In this document: positions 16,477 to 26,585 of the stretch, piece after piece
How the letters are laid out: every line of letters starts with the position of its first letter
Position numbering within the stretch: the stretch's first letter is position 1
DNA from: a virus
IMG/VR virus record: IMGVR_UViG_3300025809_000014
Coordinates: 1-64,000 of that record
DNA length: 64,000 bases
Strand: one strand, 5' to 3'
Notes under the pieces: model-generated
Seen by the model: the letters and a program-made list of their open reading frames with translations, nothing else
Told to the model about the DNA's origin: nothing
Databases searched by the model: none
Translations under genes and position numbers: made by a program

Positions 16477-18105
16477 TTAGCCCTCACAACTTGCACACTC
16501 TAAAATATTACGTGCAAATGCTTGTGCAGAACTTTGACTGAACTGATAGTAAAGAGTTTTAACACCCTCATCATGAGCATAAAGATACAATTGATTTATA
16601 TCTTTAGCTGGTACACTAGGATCTATCATAAGGTTCAAGCTCTGTGACTGATCAATAAACTTTTGTCTTTGCGCAGCCTGCAGAACTATTTCCTTAGGAC
16701 TAATCTCTATAAATGATTTGAATACTCCCTTTGTAGGGAATTTTAAGTGTTGGACAGACCCATCTTTCTTTAAGATAGACTCCCAAGTTTCATCGTTATT
16801 AAGATCATACTTCTCAAGCTCAGCCTCTAAGAAAGGATTCTTATAAACTGTCTTACTCTTAGCGAGATCTTTAATAAAGTAGTTAGATTTTATTGGTTCA
16901 ATACCCATAGACACTGCACCGTGTATAAACGAACTAGATTTAGTTGGTGCTATAGCCATTAGTGTAGTGTTAGCATAACCTTCTCTAATTGATGTGTACC
17001 CTTTGGCATCATGTAGCCATTTAGATGCATTTTCTGTACGTTCTTTTAACGTCTTAAAAATCTGATGGTTAAGTTGTTTAGCTTCCAGTGATTCAAACTC
17101 TATAAGTTTAGACTGAAACAAGGAATGATATCCTAATACACCAACTCCAATAGCTCTATGTTCTTTTGCAAATCTATATGCTCTTCGCATACCAGGAAGA
17201 TGTTCTGCTTTCTGAACAAACTCATTCATTACAGCGTTCAGGAACAATACATAGGTTTCTACAGCATCTGTTTCTTTAATCTCATCCCAATGTAAAAGAT
17301 TTATAGATCCTAAGCAACAAACAAAACTATTAAAGCTGTCTGTTGGTAGTTGTATCTCACTACACAAGTTACTTGCTGTAACTTCATACCCAAGCTCCTT
17401 GTAAGGAGATGTCTCGTTGTTTGAATTATCTTTAAACATAATGTATGGAAACCCAAACTCATTACGTCTTTGTATAATCTTAGCCCATATCTTACGCTTT
17501 TCTTTACTACCAGCTTTCATACTCTTCAACCATGCATCACCAACTGTGACACCATATTGAAGATTCTGAATAGGGTTACCCTCTGTACCAATATCTAGAA
17601 ACTCTTCTATATCTGCATGCTCTACAGGTAAATACACTGCACATGCTCCACGTCTAGCTGCAGATTGTTTACACACATCTACAACTGTGTCATACATTCT
17701 AGCATAATGTATAGGGCCATCAGCTTCTCCTCCAGTACTAATTTTAGTACCTCTTGGTCTAATATTACCTAAATAAGCACTGGTTCCTCCACCATATTTA
17801 CTCATCATACCTATCTCACGGCCTGCATTTAATATACTATCTAGTGTGTCATCCACATTAGATCCATAGCAACTGATAGGTAAACCTTTTTGTTTACCAA
17901 AGTTAATCCATACAGGTGTTGATAGTGAATAGTATCCTTTTGCCATGTAGTCTTCAAACTTGCAGGCAAAGTCTTTAATAGCTAAATACTTTTCAGCAAT
18001 ATTAGCTATGTCTCTTACTCTTTGTTCAGGAGATTCATCTAAATACCCCCTGGACAAGAATGTTCTACTGTCTTCATTGAGCCAGTAATATCTTTTATAT
18101 TCCAT
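16477..18105 (-). CDS. nrdA: Class I ribonucleoside-diphosphate reductase alpha subunit (no ATP cone)
   Basis: LSTPVW, PISC, GGGT, ASNLCSEI, AIAPT, DQSQSLN, KTLYY, C-terminal CASC. Confidence 0.95.
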   Translation of the reverse strand: MEYKRYYWLNEDSRTFLSRGYLDESPEQRVRDIANIAEKYLAIKDFACKFEDYMAKGYYSLSTPVWINFGKQKGLPISCYGSNVDDTLDSILNAGREIGMMSKYGGGTSAYLGNIRPRGTKISTGGEADGPIHYARMYDTVVDVCKQSAARRGACAVYLPVEHADIEEFLDIGTEGNPIQNLQYGVTVGDAWLKSMKAGSKEKRKIWAKIIQRRNEFGFPYIMFKDNSNNETSPYKELGYEVTASNLCSEIQLPTDSFNSFVCCLGSINLLHWDEIKETDAVETYVLFLNAVMNEFVQKAEHLPGMRRAYRFAKEHRAIGVGVLGYHSLFQSKLIEFESLEAKQLNHQIFKTLKERTENASKWLHDAKGYTSIREGYANTTLMAIAPTKSSSFIHGAVSMGIEPIKSNYFIKDLAKSKTVYKNPFLEAELEKYDLNNDETWESILKKDGSVQHLKFPTKGVFKSFIEISPKEIVLQAAQRQKFIDQSQSLNLMIDPSVPAKDINQLYLYAHDEGVKTLYYQFSQSSAQAFARNILECASCEG

Positions 18106-18106
18106 A

Positions 18107-19087
18107 TTAAAATAAATCGTCTAAAGTTATACTCTTACTCTTTTTATTATAGTCTACACTCTTCTTATAAAAGAAGTCTCCCTCTTTAGTAGCAGTGATT
18201 TCTATATCAAACCATTTTGTTGATGCAATTAGTTCTTTATTTACATCAAACATTGGCTTCATTCCAATCTTATTCAAAGAATTATTGAATCGATTCATGA
18301 TGAAGTGTTGAATTGTTTCTTTTGGAAGAAAAGTAAGTTCTCCTTTCTCAAAGATCCAATCTAATATATCACACTCAGCGTTATATGCTTTTTTACATGC
18401 TGAATAAATTAAATCTTCAAACTCCTCATCAAACCATTCAGGGTTCTCTTTCTTAATAATGTTGATAATCTCAGCACCAAAGTTACCGTGTATCTCCTCT
18501 TCTTTACTTGTAGCTTCAACAACATTAGATATACCCTTGAGTACATTCCTCTCTTTGTTAAAACTCATCATGATTAAGAATTGACTAAACAAGCTTACAT
18601 GCTCTATAAATAAAGAAAATAATAATACAGACTTAGTATACATTTTGTCATCTCTAGAACGTGTACCATCTAAGTACTTCTTTAAGTACTTAAGTCTACC
18701 TTCTATTGCAGGCACCTCTATAACACTTTGAAACTCTTTCTCAAGGCCAAGTATTCTCAATAGTCTAGCATAAGCATCTTTGTGTCTTACTTCTGACTCA
18801 GCAAACGTCATTCCTACATCTCCAACTTCTGTAATAGGCATACGCTTATACATATCAGCCCAGAATGTTTTTACATTAACTTCTATTTGTGCAATAGCAA
18901 GCATAGTCTTCTTAATAACGTCACGCTCTTCTTCAGAGATGGTTACCTTAAAGTCTTGTATGTCTTCTGTAAAATTAAATTCTGTGTCAATCCAGTAGGA
19001 ATGCCTGATAGCATCTTTGTAGTCTAAAAGTTGTGGATACTCGTAAGGTAGAATATTTACCCTTTGTTTAAAAATGTTTTTGTTCAT
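18107..19087 (-). CDS. nrdB: Class I ribonucleotide reductase beta subunit
   Basis: W..TE...EDI.DF, ESEVRHKDAY, IEHVSLFSQF, KEEEIH, DFF C-terminus. Confidence 0.95.
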   Translation of the reverse strand: MNKNIFKQRVNILPYEYPQLLDYKDAIRHSYWIDTEFNFTEDIQDFKVTISEEERDVIKKTMLAIAQIEVNVKTFWADMYKRMPITEVGDVGMTFAESEVRHKDAYARLLRILGLEKEFQSVIEVPAIEGRLKYLKKYLDGTRSRDDKMYTKSVLLFSLFIEHVSLFSQFLIMMSFNKERNVLKGISNVVEATSKEEEIHGNFGAEIINIIKKENPEWFDEEFEDLIYSACKKAYNAECDILDWIFEKGELTFLPKETIQHFIMNRFNNSLNKIGMKPMFDVNKELIASTKWFDIEITATKEGDFFYKKSVDYNKKSKSITLDDLF

Positions 19088-19413
19088 AGTATTAATGGGT
19101 TACCGTGTTTATCTAAGTTTATTGATCTTAACCTTTCTTCAATCTCAAACTCAACTTTTAACATGAGTGATATCTTCTCTTCTAGCTCTGATTGAATTAC
19201 TCTACCTACATAAGGCATAATGTCTGGAAGATTAGTATCAACTCTAGGTATTCCACGAATTGTTGAGATTTCTTTATATTCAAATCCTTCTATTCTCAAG
19301 AAGTCAATGAATGCTGAGTTTAAGAATTGTACTACAGAGGGAACTTCTATTGTAAGCCCTTCTCCATTACAAATTAACTCATATGTTTGATTAAATTGTT
19401 TTACTGTTCTCAT
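19084..19413 (-). CDS. Hypothetical protein
   Basis: Track ORF; probable start at MRTVKQ (19413), ATGA-coupled to the upstream ORF. Confidence 0.55.
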   Translation of the reverse strand: MRTVKQFNQTYELICNGEGLTIEVPSVVQFLNSAFIDFLRIEGFEYKEISTIRGIPRVDTNLPDIMPYVGRVIQSELEEKISLMLKVEFEIEERLRSINLDKHGNPLIL

Positions 19414-19574
19414 AGTGTGGTTGTTTGATACCAATAGGGACTAGCAGTCCGTTCAGGTTGATAACCTGAAGGTCTTTTACTGTCTGAAAGGTGAGTGATC
19501 ATTAATTCAGCTTCTTCTGCTGAAATTTGATTGTCGGATAGCAAATCTACTATAATTTTTCCAATTGTTCTCAT
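19410..19574 (-). CDS. Hypothetical 54-aa protein (MRTIGKIIVDLLSDNQISAEEA...)
   Basis: Read from the sequence; ATGA overlaps on both sides. Confidence 0.6.
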   Translation of the reverse strand: MRTIGKIIVDLLSDNQISAEEAELMITHLSDSKRPSGYQPERTASPYWYQTTTL

Positions 19575-19984
19575 GATTTATCTTCTTTTTTTTGCTCTTC
19601 TATAACTTCTTCAACATCAGGTGTAATTAAAGCCTCAAGAATACTTACAGCTTTAGACATTGCATCTTTCTCTGCCTCTTTTCTTAAAGAGTATTTACCA
19701 GTTTGTTTTCCATCATTTATACGATAAGAAAACTTCTTTGTCTTCCAGTCATGTATTATGTTTACTACCACATCATTTTCATCAAACATATCTAAACTGG
19801 CTCTACCTCCCTCTTTAAATATTGTTATTATTTGATCATCTGTAATACCAGACTTAATCATAAACTCTTTAAAAGAGTCATCTTGTTCAAATTCATTTGC
19901 TGAAGCCATAAGCCTATCTAAAAACCACTCTTTTAATTTGTTTTTTGTTAAAGGGTTTTCATTCATTAATTTTTCTGCATCCAT
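19571..19984 (-). CDS. Hypothetical protein
   Basis: 137-aa ORF in operon. Confidence 0.65.
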   Translation of the reverse strand: MDAEKLMNENPLTKNKLKEWFLDRLMASANEFEQDDSFKEFMIKSGITDDQIITIFKEGGRASLDMFDENDVVVNIIHDWKTKKFSYRINDGKQTGKYSLRKEAEKDAMSKAVSILEALITPDVEEVIEEQKKEDKS

Positions 19985-19986
19985 AA

Positions 19987-20547
19987 TTATTTTTTTATTA
20001 GTTCAATACTTTTTTTCATCTTATTTATATCAAGAATCTCCTTACCTTCATCAAATCCTTCCCATACCTCAAGACTATCATCCCAATCTATACCAAGTTT
20101 ATTTTCCCAATACTTTATCATGTCATCTGTTTTATTAAACACTCTGTATTGAAGACTAATTTCATCTCTGTGTAAACCGTTCTTTTTAATCTTTATAACT
20201 TTTGGAAATAACTTTTGAAAGTTATCACTTGTCTCAGAATATCTACCTTGTTTGATTAAATCAAAGTCTGTCTCCCATTTCATATTAAGCTTGTATACTA
20301 ATACAACAAAACCACCTTCATAATCGTAATCCTCAACAATTTCTGTGGTACGCTCATATTCATTATCAAGAAACTCTCTAAATTTTGCCAAGTCAGTAGG
20401 TAAGAACAAGACATAAATAACATTATTGTATTTAAAGTCTCGTCCTACATCATCTAAGTAAGCATTTATAAATCCATTATCTTTTAATGAATTCTTTGGC
20501 ACCTTTAAAGAAGGTACCATAAATATACTAGTTATTGTGTTTTTCAT
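19987..20547 (-). CDS. Hypothetical protein of the replication block
   Basis: 186-aa ORF overlapping the exonuclease gene. Confidence 0.65.
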   Translation of the reverse strand: MKNTITSIFMVPSLKVPKNSLKDNGFINAYLDDVGRDFKYNNVIYVLFLPTDLAKFREFLDNEYERTTEIVEDYDYEGGFVVLVYKLNMKWETDFDLIKQGRYSETSDNFQKLFPKVIKIKKNGLHRDEISLQYRVFNKTDDMIKYWENKLGIDWDDSLEVWEGFDEGKEILDINKMKKSIELIKK

Positions 20548-21376
20548 TAGCGTTTTTTAATTCTTTATGTGTATATAATTTTAATACACTATAATATAAC
20601 CTTGCTTGTTCTTTTGCTATTTTAGCATTACCACCACTTGATTTTAAGTAACCTTTAAATATAGCTTTAGTAAATTGATAGTCTGTCATACCTATGTGCA
20701 TATTATCTCTACACCAAGCTTTACCAACTCCATAAGCTCCAGGTATACCATCACCACTATCTCCTATTACAACTTGAGAAGCTATAGCTAGTCTACTTTC
20801 TTCTTTAGAAATCTTCTTAAACTCTCCTAATGTATCACCATAACTTCTATAATTATAAAATGGTACATCAGGACAATTATATAGTACATCTTTATCTATA
20901 GCTGCTACAACACAATTACCCTCGCTCAATACATAACTATCATATACATAGTCATCAGCCTCTGCTCCTTGAGAAGGTATACACTGTAATTCATCTAACA
21001 TATACTCTGCAATGATTGGAATTAGTGGATTCTTCTCTTTTCGATTTGATTTATAGTCAGGATAAAGTTTGTATCTAAAGTTACCACGACCTCCTATAAA
21101 TATAAAGGTTTCTTGTATATTGTAAAACTCTTCTATATTATTATGAATCTCTTCTAACTTAGTTCTAGTTCTATATTTAGCTTCTTCTATTCTTTCTTCT
21201 TCTGTTGGAAACTCCATCAGAGAGTCTTCAGGAAAGTGTGTAGCAAAATACATAATACTATCAGCATCTATTAGTAACACTCTTTGCGTATTGTCATATT
21301 TAAGAGGACAGTTCTTAACTTCTTTTACAACTATGTCAACTTCTTGAATAGTTTCTGATTTAACTCCTTTTATCAT
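20528..21376 (-). CDS. 5'-3' exonuclease / flap endonuclease (PolA N-terminal, T7 gp6-like)
   Basis: LLIDADS, NFRY..YPDYKSNR, EADD, IDKD, GDSGDGIPG. Confidence 0.9.
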   Translation of the reverse strand: MIKGVKSETIQEVDIVVKEVKNCPLKYDNTQRVLLIDADSIMYFATHFPEDSLMEFPTEEERIEEAKYRTRTKLEEIHNNIEEFYNIQETFIFIGGRGNFRYKLYPDYKSNRKEKNPLIPIIAEYMLDELQCIPSQGAEADDYVYDSYVLSEGNCVVAAIDKDVLYNCPDVPFYNYRSYGDTLGEFKKISKEESRLAIASQVVIGDSGDGIPGAYGVGKAWCRDNMHIGMTDYQFTKAIFKGYLKSSGGNAKIAKEQARLYYSVLKLYTHKELKNANEKHNN

Positions 21377-21612
21377 AACTTCCCTCTTGATTTAACGTAC
21401 TCAATTTCTCTCTGTAAATAATCTAAAGCTTTATGTAAATCCTTTAGCTCGTTCTCTTTCTTTCCTGCTCTAGCTATATATTTTAGAACATTACCCCTGT
21501 TAAACGAAAGAGAGTAATCATTACACACGTCTATAATATCATACTCTTTTCCATTTTCATAATGTTCAGGTGTTTTAAAATACTCAATAGTATTATTTAT
21601 AAAATGTTTCAT
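21373..21612 (-). CDS. DUF3310-type protein (T7 gp1.7-like nucleotide kinase candidate)
   Basis: PEHY, F.RGNVLKYIARAGKK, DL.KA..YL.REI. Confidence 0.85.
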   Translation of the reverse strand: MKHFINNTIEYFKTPEHYENGKEYDIIDVCNDYSLSFNRGNVLKYIARAGKKENELKDLHKALDYLQREIEYVKSRGKL

Positions 21613-22010
21613 TTTTTAAATTGTTTTAATTGTTTTTCTAATTGTGTTTTTTGATCATGGCATGTTTTACAGAGCACTTGTAAGTTTTCCTGTTCACAAA
21701 ATAGAGTATCTACAAAGGCTGGAAGATCGTTTGAGCAATTTAAACTACCTGCAGGTTCAATGTGGTCAACGTTAACTTGATCACTTTTAAACCAACTCTT
21801 ACACTTATTGCAATGGTATTCCCACTTCTGTCTTTTGTTTTTTCCTTTGTAAGCTCTTCTTGCTAACTTCTTACATTCAGCAATTGGTTTCCACCATCTG
21901 CTTTTCTGTCTTAATGCACTTCTAATCATAGACCAAAACATTGATTCTGTCATTGTTCCAGCGTTTCTAGTACGAGCTACTCTTGGTTTTCTTATTGGTT
22001 TTTTTGCCAT
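21609..22010 (-). CDS. HNH endonuclease
   Basis: CNKC, VNVDHIEP, NLQVLCKTCHDQKT; likely start MAKK at 22010, below the promoter at 22033. Confidence 0.85.
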   Translation of the reverse strand: MAKKPIRKPRVARTRNAGTMTESMFWSMIRSALRQKSRWWKPIAECKKLARRAYKGKNKRQKWEYHCNKCKSWFKSDQVNVDHIEPAGSLNCSNDLPAFVDTLFCEQENLQVLCKTCHDQKTQLEKQLKQFKK

Positions 22011-22025
22011 AATTTTAAAATTAAA

Positions 22026-22060
22026 GGGATAACAAATATAATTCAAATAAATGTTATCCC
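22026..22060 (-). promoter_or_regulatory. -7 box (TATATTTG) overlapped and bracketed by a 9-bp inverted repeat
   Basis: GGGATAACA...TGTTATCCC around CAAATATA (22033-22040). Confidence 0.5.
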
Positions 22061-22068
22061 CTAATTTA

Positions 22069-23592
22069 TTAATCTACCATCCTAACTCTTGCAGTAATTT
22101 CAGCTTTCATCTCTTCAAGACTTCCAATGATATTACGTACATCTACAGAGGATATGTTTGGTAAGCTAAATTCATACTTATTAGATTCCTTAGCAAAACC
22201 TTCTTTCACTTTGGTTTGTAAGTCATCAAGCTCACGTACAGCATATACCTCATCTAACTGAAGAGTGTCAAACTGATTATCATGAAGAATAGTAGTAGCC
22301 TCTTCTCTTGGTACAGTCATAATTGGAAGATACTCATAGCATCTACCTTTGTGTGCACCAATACCAACAACCTTCATAGGGTTGATAAGAACAAGAACAG
22401 ATTGATCACCACATCCTACATAATGTATCTGGTCAGAAGTAAAATGTAAACCAGCTGCAGCACAATCTTGTGTTGACCAGTTACACTCTTCTTGTGGCAT
22501 ATTAACCACCTTACCAATACGTATGTCAAATGTTTTAGTCCAATCATCTGTAAAGCGATTCTCATGTCTGTTAGGAAGGTCTAAGTATAGATCTGTAAGC
22601 TTACCTATCTCTTTTCCGTGATCTATCTTATGTGTAACGGTATATTCATACTCTTCTACCTCACCTGTACCATCACATGTTTCACAGTGTATCCAATCTC
22701 CTTCATTCCATTCATCTTCATCATCATAGTAATCACCTTCATCATAGTAACCACCCTCACCACCACAATCTGGACAAACTGTACTAGTAACAATCTCTTC
22801 CTTATACAGTTTATCTGTATGTACAATCTTGTAATCACCATCTTGTAAGAATATAGTATAGTCATCTGGACTCTTTTTCCATACAGCTTTCACCTTGTTA
22901 TATGTATTAGATATAAAGTGTACAAGCTCTGGAGATCCATGCAATGTAACAACATTACGTAGCGCTACAAAGAACCCTTGCTTAGTAATACGAAAGCTAT
23001 TCTCTTTTAAGAATCTGTATAACTCATGTGCCACTTCAGCTCTTGGATTAAGAGCACACCACATAAAGAAACGTTTAAGAGATTGATACTCTGCATGCTC
23101 ACTAAGAGGCATGTTAAGTGATTTAGCATCTGATACAGCCTCAATAAGTTCTTCAACTAATAGCTGTGGTAAAGACCTAGATATACCTTTAAAGTACACT
23201 GAGTCTCCATCAAGTACAAATTCACCACTCTCTTCTAGAATAACAAGGCCCTTTCTAAGAGCCTTTAGTCTTCTTTCTGATCTATCTCTTTCTGCAATTT
23301 CAGAAACTACATTAGAATCACTAACGATTGTATAAAGATCTCCAATAGTAACAGCTGACTCTGCACTATGATAATCATCTTCAGTAGCATTTACTTTAGA
23401 TATTATAGAATCATCATGTAGTACAATAGTAAGCACATCGTTTACCAGTTTTATAGTTTTGTACGGATTTTCTTGAGGAGAACTATCGTTGTCTACCTCT
23501 TCAACTAGCTTATCAAGTTTCTTCTCGATAACTTTTTCAATTGAGTGGTCCACTTTATTTTTGAACCACTCTAAACTTAGAAATTTACTCAT
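22069..23592 (-). CDS. rIIB: RIIB-like protein with inserted DnaJ-type Zn finger
   Basis: LNP....ELYRFL....IT..G.FVA, G.VV.MP, C.AGLH, LVLINPMKVV, KGRCYEY; follows rIIA. Confidence 0.8.
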   Translation of the reverse strand: MSKFLSLEWFKNKVDHSIEKVIEKKLDKLVEEVDNDSSPQENPYKTIKLVNDVLTIVLHDDSIISKVNATEDDYHSAESAVTIGDLYTIVSDSNVVSEIAERDRSERRLKALRKGLVILEESGEFVLDGDSVYFKGISRSLPQLLVEELIEAVSDAKSLNMPLSEHAEYQSLKRFFMWCALNPRAEVAHELYRFLKENSFRITKQGFFVALRNVVTLHGSPELVHFISNTYNKVKAVWKKSPDDYTIFLQDGDYKIVHTDKLYKEEIVTSTVCPDCGGEGGYYDEGDYYDDEDEWNEGDWIHCETCDGTGEVEEYEYTVTHKIDHGKEIGKLTDLYLDLPNRHENRFTDDWTKTFDIRIGKVVNMPQEECNWSTQDCAAAGLHFTSDQIHYVGCGDQSVLVLINPMKVVGIGAHKGRCYEYLPIMTVPREEATTILHDNQFDTLQLDEVYAVRELDDLQTKVKEGFAKESNKYEFSLPNISSVDVRNIIGSLEEMKAEITARVRMVD

Positions 23593-23613
23593 TTTTAATT
23601 GTTTTTAATTGTT

Positions 23614-25932
23614 TTAATTATTCTCTTGTTCTTCTATTTCTTTTCTATCTTTAATAAACTCATAGTGAGCATTTATAGGAATACCATTACACTTAAACAG
23701 TTGAGCTAAACAGTCTAAAATACCATCCTGTTTATAACTACCACCACTTAAACAACTTGCCATAGTATTCACATAAGTATGCTCTCTAAAGAATGCATCT
23801 AATTCTTCTATCAAATCATAAATCTCAGCATTATATAGATTATTAGCCTCAGCATCTTCAAGTAATTTAAGCCCATCTGTATATGACTGATATCTACCAC
23901 CTGAAATATATAGTTTTTGGTATTCCGATATCTTTGTCAATTTATCTGATAGTGTAGGTTTAACTTTACTAATTAAATAACTTTTATCAAATATATCAGA
24001 AATATGATCTTTCCGTATAAATCTCCAGCAACATAATGCAGTCATGTATTTAATAAACATATTATCACCCTTTATGAAGTCATCATAAGAAACTAGATTA
24101 TCAATCTTAGGAGACTTTTCTAACGCATCTAACTCTCTCTGTGAAAAGGTAAGATATTTTATAGGCATACGTTTAGTTTCTTCATACAAGTTGTCAAGCT
24201 TCATGTAATCATCATGATGAGTGTATACATAAGTAGCATTCCCTTCTTCCACAGATTCAATATTAATTCGATGTGATACAAACTTACAGTTTCTACCATC
24301 ATTATATCTGAGAAGATCTTCAGCTACTTTACAATTAAAGTCTCCTGCAACTTTTTCACCTTTAGCAGCTTTAGTAGCTCGCATCTTAGATACAGTGTTA
24401 GCTTTTCTATCATCTATCCACTCTTGAGGAACCTCAATAGTATCAGCATCTTTAATAGATTCTAAAAGTAATGATGCAACACGCTGAAAGTCCTCGATTA
24501 CACCTCTCCACTGATGCTTAGGGTAATTAGTTAACTTTAGAATATCATAATAGTTATCAACAGAGCTACTACCAGTTAAAGGAGACCTTAATGGATATTC
24601 CTTTTTTTTACGAATAAATGTAACTCTTCTAAGATTATTATTCTTATCATTATCAATTAAGTCTTGAGCTATTTCTCTAAGATATGCCTTTTTATGACCT
24701 CTCATTGGATCTTGCATTCTGAATTGATAATTGCTCATATCACTCCAATTTACATTTTTACCCCAATGACTATCTTTTACCTTATACATTCTACCATTCT
24801 CATATCTGTGACTACACGTATATTCTCCTAAGATATAATGAAACTCATGTTTACCAAATGTAGAAATGTCCCAAGTGTCCACTCCTTCAAGTTTTGGTTT
24901 AGCAAAAGGAATTGTTATATAATCTTTTAGAGAGTTAAGATTAAACTTTTTTCCAAATAAGTCTATATTTCTTGTATCAGCATAATAATAGTTTAGAAAA
25001 CCATGAACGTCATCACTATCTATAACACTACTATTATATTTTTCTACATAATAATTAGAAAACTCACTTAACTTCTTAAGAATCTTTGACTTTGTTTCTT
25101 TTGTATAAATTAAAGACTCTCTATTAGGAGTTGGAAATAAACCATCTGTTAAACTAAATCTTAAACCTACAGGCATGTATATAGTTTCTACACCTAGCTT
25201 GTCAAAATCAAGAGGATAATAAACATTATCAAGACAAATATGTAACTTGTCATCTTCAGCTAGTTCAGAAAACTGAAATAGTTTAGATCTATGAATAGTA
25301 AAATTATTATCAACATCATCTACATTAAAGTATACATCCTCAAAGTATGCAAGCTGTTGCTTAATCTTTCTAAGAAAATCAGATTTATCACCCCACTTTA
25401 TAGGTACAGTAACTTTTACACCATTACACTCTGTTGTAGGAGTTTCATTAATTAAATCAATAGTGTTTGTTTCCTCACCCTCATACATCATATACTTACG
25501 TTCCATACCATCTTTTCTACATGTAAAATAGAAACTACTAGCATAAGCTAAAGGAGCCTTGAAACCAAGACCCATCATACCAAGTTCTGTATCACTATTA
25601 CGTTTAGTAGACTTACCATACTTACTAATAATATTTTCTACATCACCATGATCTAAGCCTGTACCAAAATCCTCAACAGAGAATTCCCAATTATTAGAAT
25701 TATTCATAACTAATGATACAACTATAGGTTTATTCACCCCAGCTCGTCTATGACTATCAAGTGCATTACTTGCACATTCTCTAACAGTTGAACCTATTGC
25801 ATCTGAATAAAGGTTCTTACTTAACATCTGCATCAAAACTTGTGCAGAATCCATGTCTAATGACATGCCTATACTCTCATTTTTCTGTCCTGAGTATAGA
25901 ACATGTGCTTGTTTTTGTTTTTCTAATCGCAT
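23614..25932 (-). CDS. rIIA: RIIA-like protein (N-terminal GHKL ATPase)
   Basis: LYSD...VRECASNALDSH, VEDFGTG, YGKSTK, GMMGLGFKAP, PNRESL. Confidence 0.85.
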   Translation of the reverse strand: MRLEKQKQAHVLYSGQKNESIGMSLDMDSAQVLMQMLSKNLYSDAIGSTVRECASNALDSHRRAGVNKPIVVSLVMNNSNNWEFSVEDFGTGLDHGDVENIISKYGKSTKRNSDTELGMMGLGFKAPLAYASSFYFTCRKDGMERKYMMYEGEETNTIDLINETPTTECNGVKVTVPIKWGDKSDFLRKIKQQLAYFEDVYFNVDDVDNNFTIHRSKLFQFSELAEDDKLHICLDNVYYPLDFDKLGVETIYMPVGLRFSLTDGLFPTPNRESLIYTKETKSKILKKLSEFSNYYVEKYNSSVIDSDDVHGFLNYYYADTRNIDLFGKKFNLNSLKDYITIPFAKPKLEGVDTWDISTFGKHEFHYILGEYTCSHRYENGRMYKVKDSHWGKNVNWSDMSNYQFRMQDPMRGHKKAYLREIAQDLIDNDKNNNLRRVTFIRKKKEYPLRSPLTGSSSVDNYYDILKLTNYPKHQWRGVIEDFQRVASLLLESIKDADTIEVPQEWIDDRKANTVSKMRATKAAKGEKVAGDFNCKVAEDLLRYNDGRNCKFVSHRINIESVEEGNATYVYTHHDDYMKLDNLYEETKRMPIKYLTFSQRELDALEKSPKIDNLVSYDDFIKGDNMFIKYMTALCCWRFIRKDHISDIFDKSYLISKVKPTLSDKLTKISEYQKLYISGGRYQSYTDGLKLLEDAEANNLYNAEIYDLIEELDAFFREHTYVNTMASCLSGGSYKQDGILDCLAQLFKCNGIPINAHYEFIKDRKEIEEQENN

Positions 25933-25940
25933 TTTACTAT

Positions 25941-26237
25941 TTATTTATTTATTAATTCTTGTTCTCTTTTTACTAACCAGATTGATTTCCATACAAAATC
26001 AAATCTCACCTTTTCTTTATCATCTGCATGCTTAACTCCAAACCTACTGTTAATTCTATTACATATAGCTGATGTCCATACCATACAAGGATTACCCTGC
26101 CAATCTTTAGATTGTTTTTGTTTTGGAGGTCTTACAATTTGCATGTAGTTGAGGTCTACACCTCGTACAATCACTTCATCTCCTACTTGGAGATCTTCCA
26201 TTTTAATGGGCCTATTTACTTCTTTAGTCATTTCCAT
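25941..26237 (-). CDS. Hypothetical SH3-like protein
   Basis: DLQVGDEVIV; loosely similar to the neighbouring ORF (LEPGDEII, FVWKSIWLV vs LNWKQIYIT). Confidence 0.6.
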   Translation of the reverse strand: MEMTKEVNRPIKMEDLQVGDEVIVRGVDLNYMQIVRPPKQKQSKDWQGNPCMVWTSAICNRINSRFGVKHADDKEKVRFDFVWKSIWLVKREQELINK

Positions 26238-26565
26238 ATTTATTAGTTATATATATTTGTTTCCAGTTTAAATCCACTTTTTTTATTGGATCGTTTTCAT
26301 TAGGTACTCTGAACTCATACGTTTTGTAAGTATTAGTCCAAGGTTTATTAGTCCAAGTATTCATACCTGAAGCTGTCTTCTCTACCATAGCAACTCTACA
26401 CTTTACAGCTATGTATCGTGTTTTACCGTTATGCCATGTTTTTAATTTACTAACTCGTGGAATCTCCTCCACTACGTAATATCTCATCTCTGAGCCTTGG
26501 TTAGTAATAATTTCATCTCCTGGTTCTAATACACCAGGATCGTCTGTTAATGTTCCTCTAATCAT
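26224..26565 (-). CDS. Hypothetical SH3-like protein
   Basis: Track ORF; probable start MIRGTL at 26565 after an A-rich leader. Confidence 0.6.
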   Translation of the reverse strand: MIRGTLTDDPGVLEPGDEIITNQGSEMRYYVVEEIPRVSKLKTWHNGKTRYIAVKCRVAMVEKTASGMNTWTNKPWTNTYKTYEFRVPNENDPIKKVDLNWKQIYITNKYGND

Positions 26566-26585
26566 TTTTCTGTTTTTAATTGTTT

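Noticed and set aside
14693-22010. HNH genes as intron/intein-associated mobile elements
   Set aside because: Both are free-standing, and the neighbouring nrdA, nrdB and recA, as well as polB and terL, are uninterrupted and of ordinary length.
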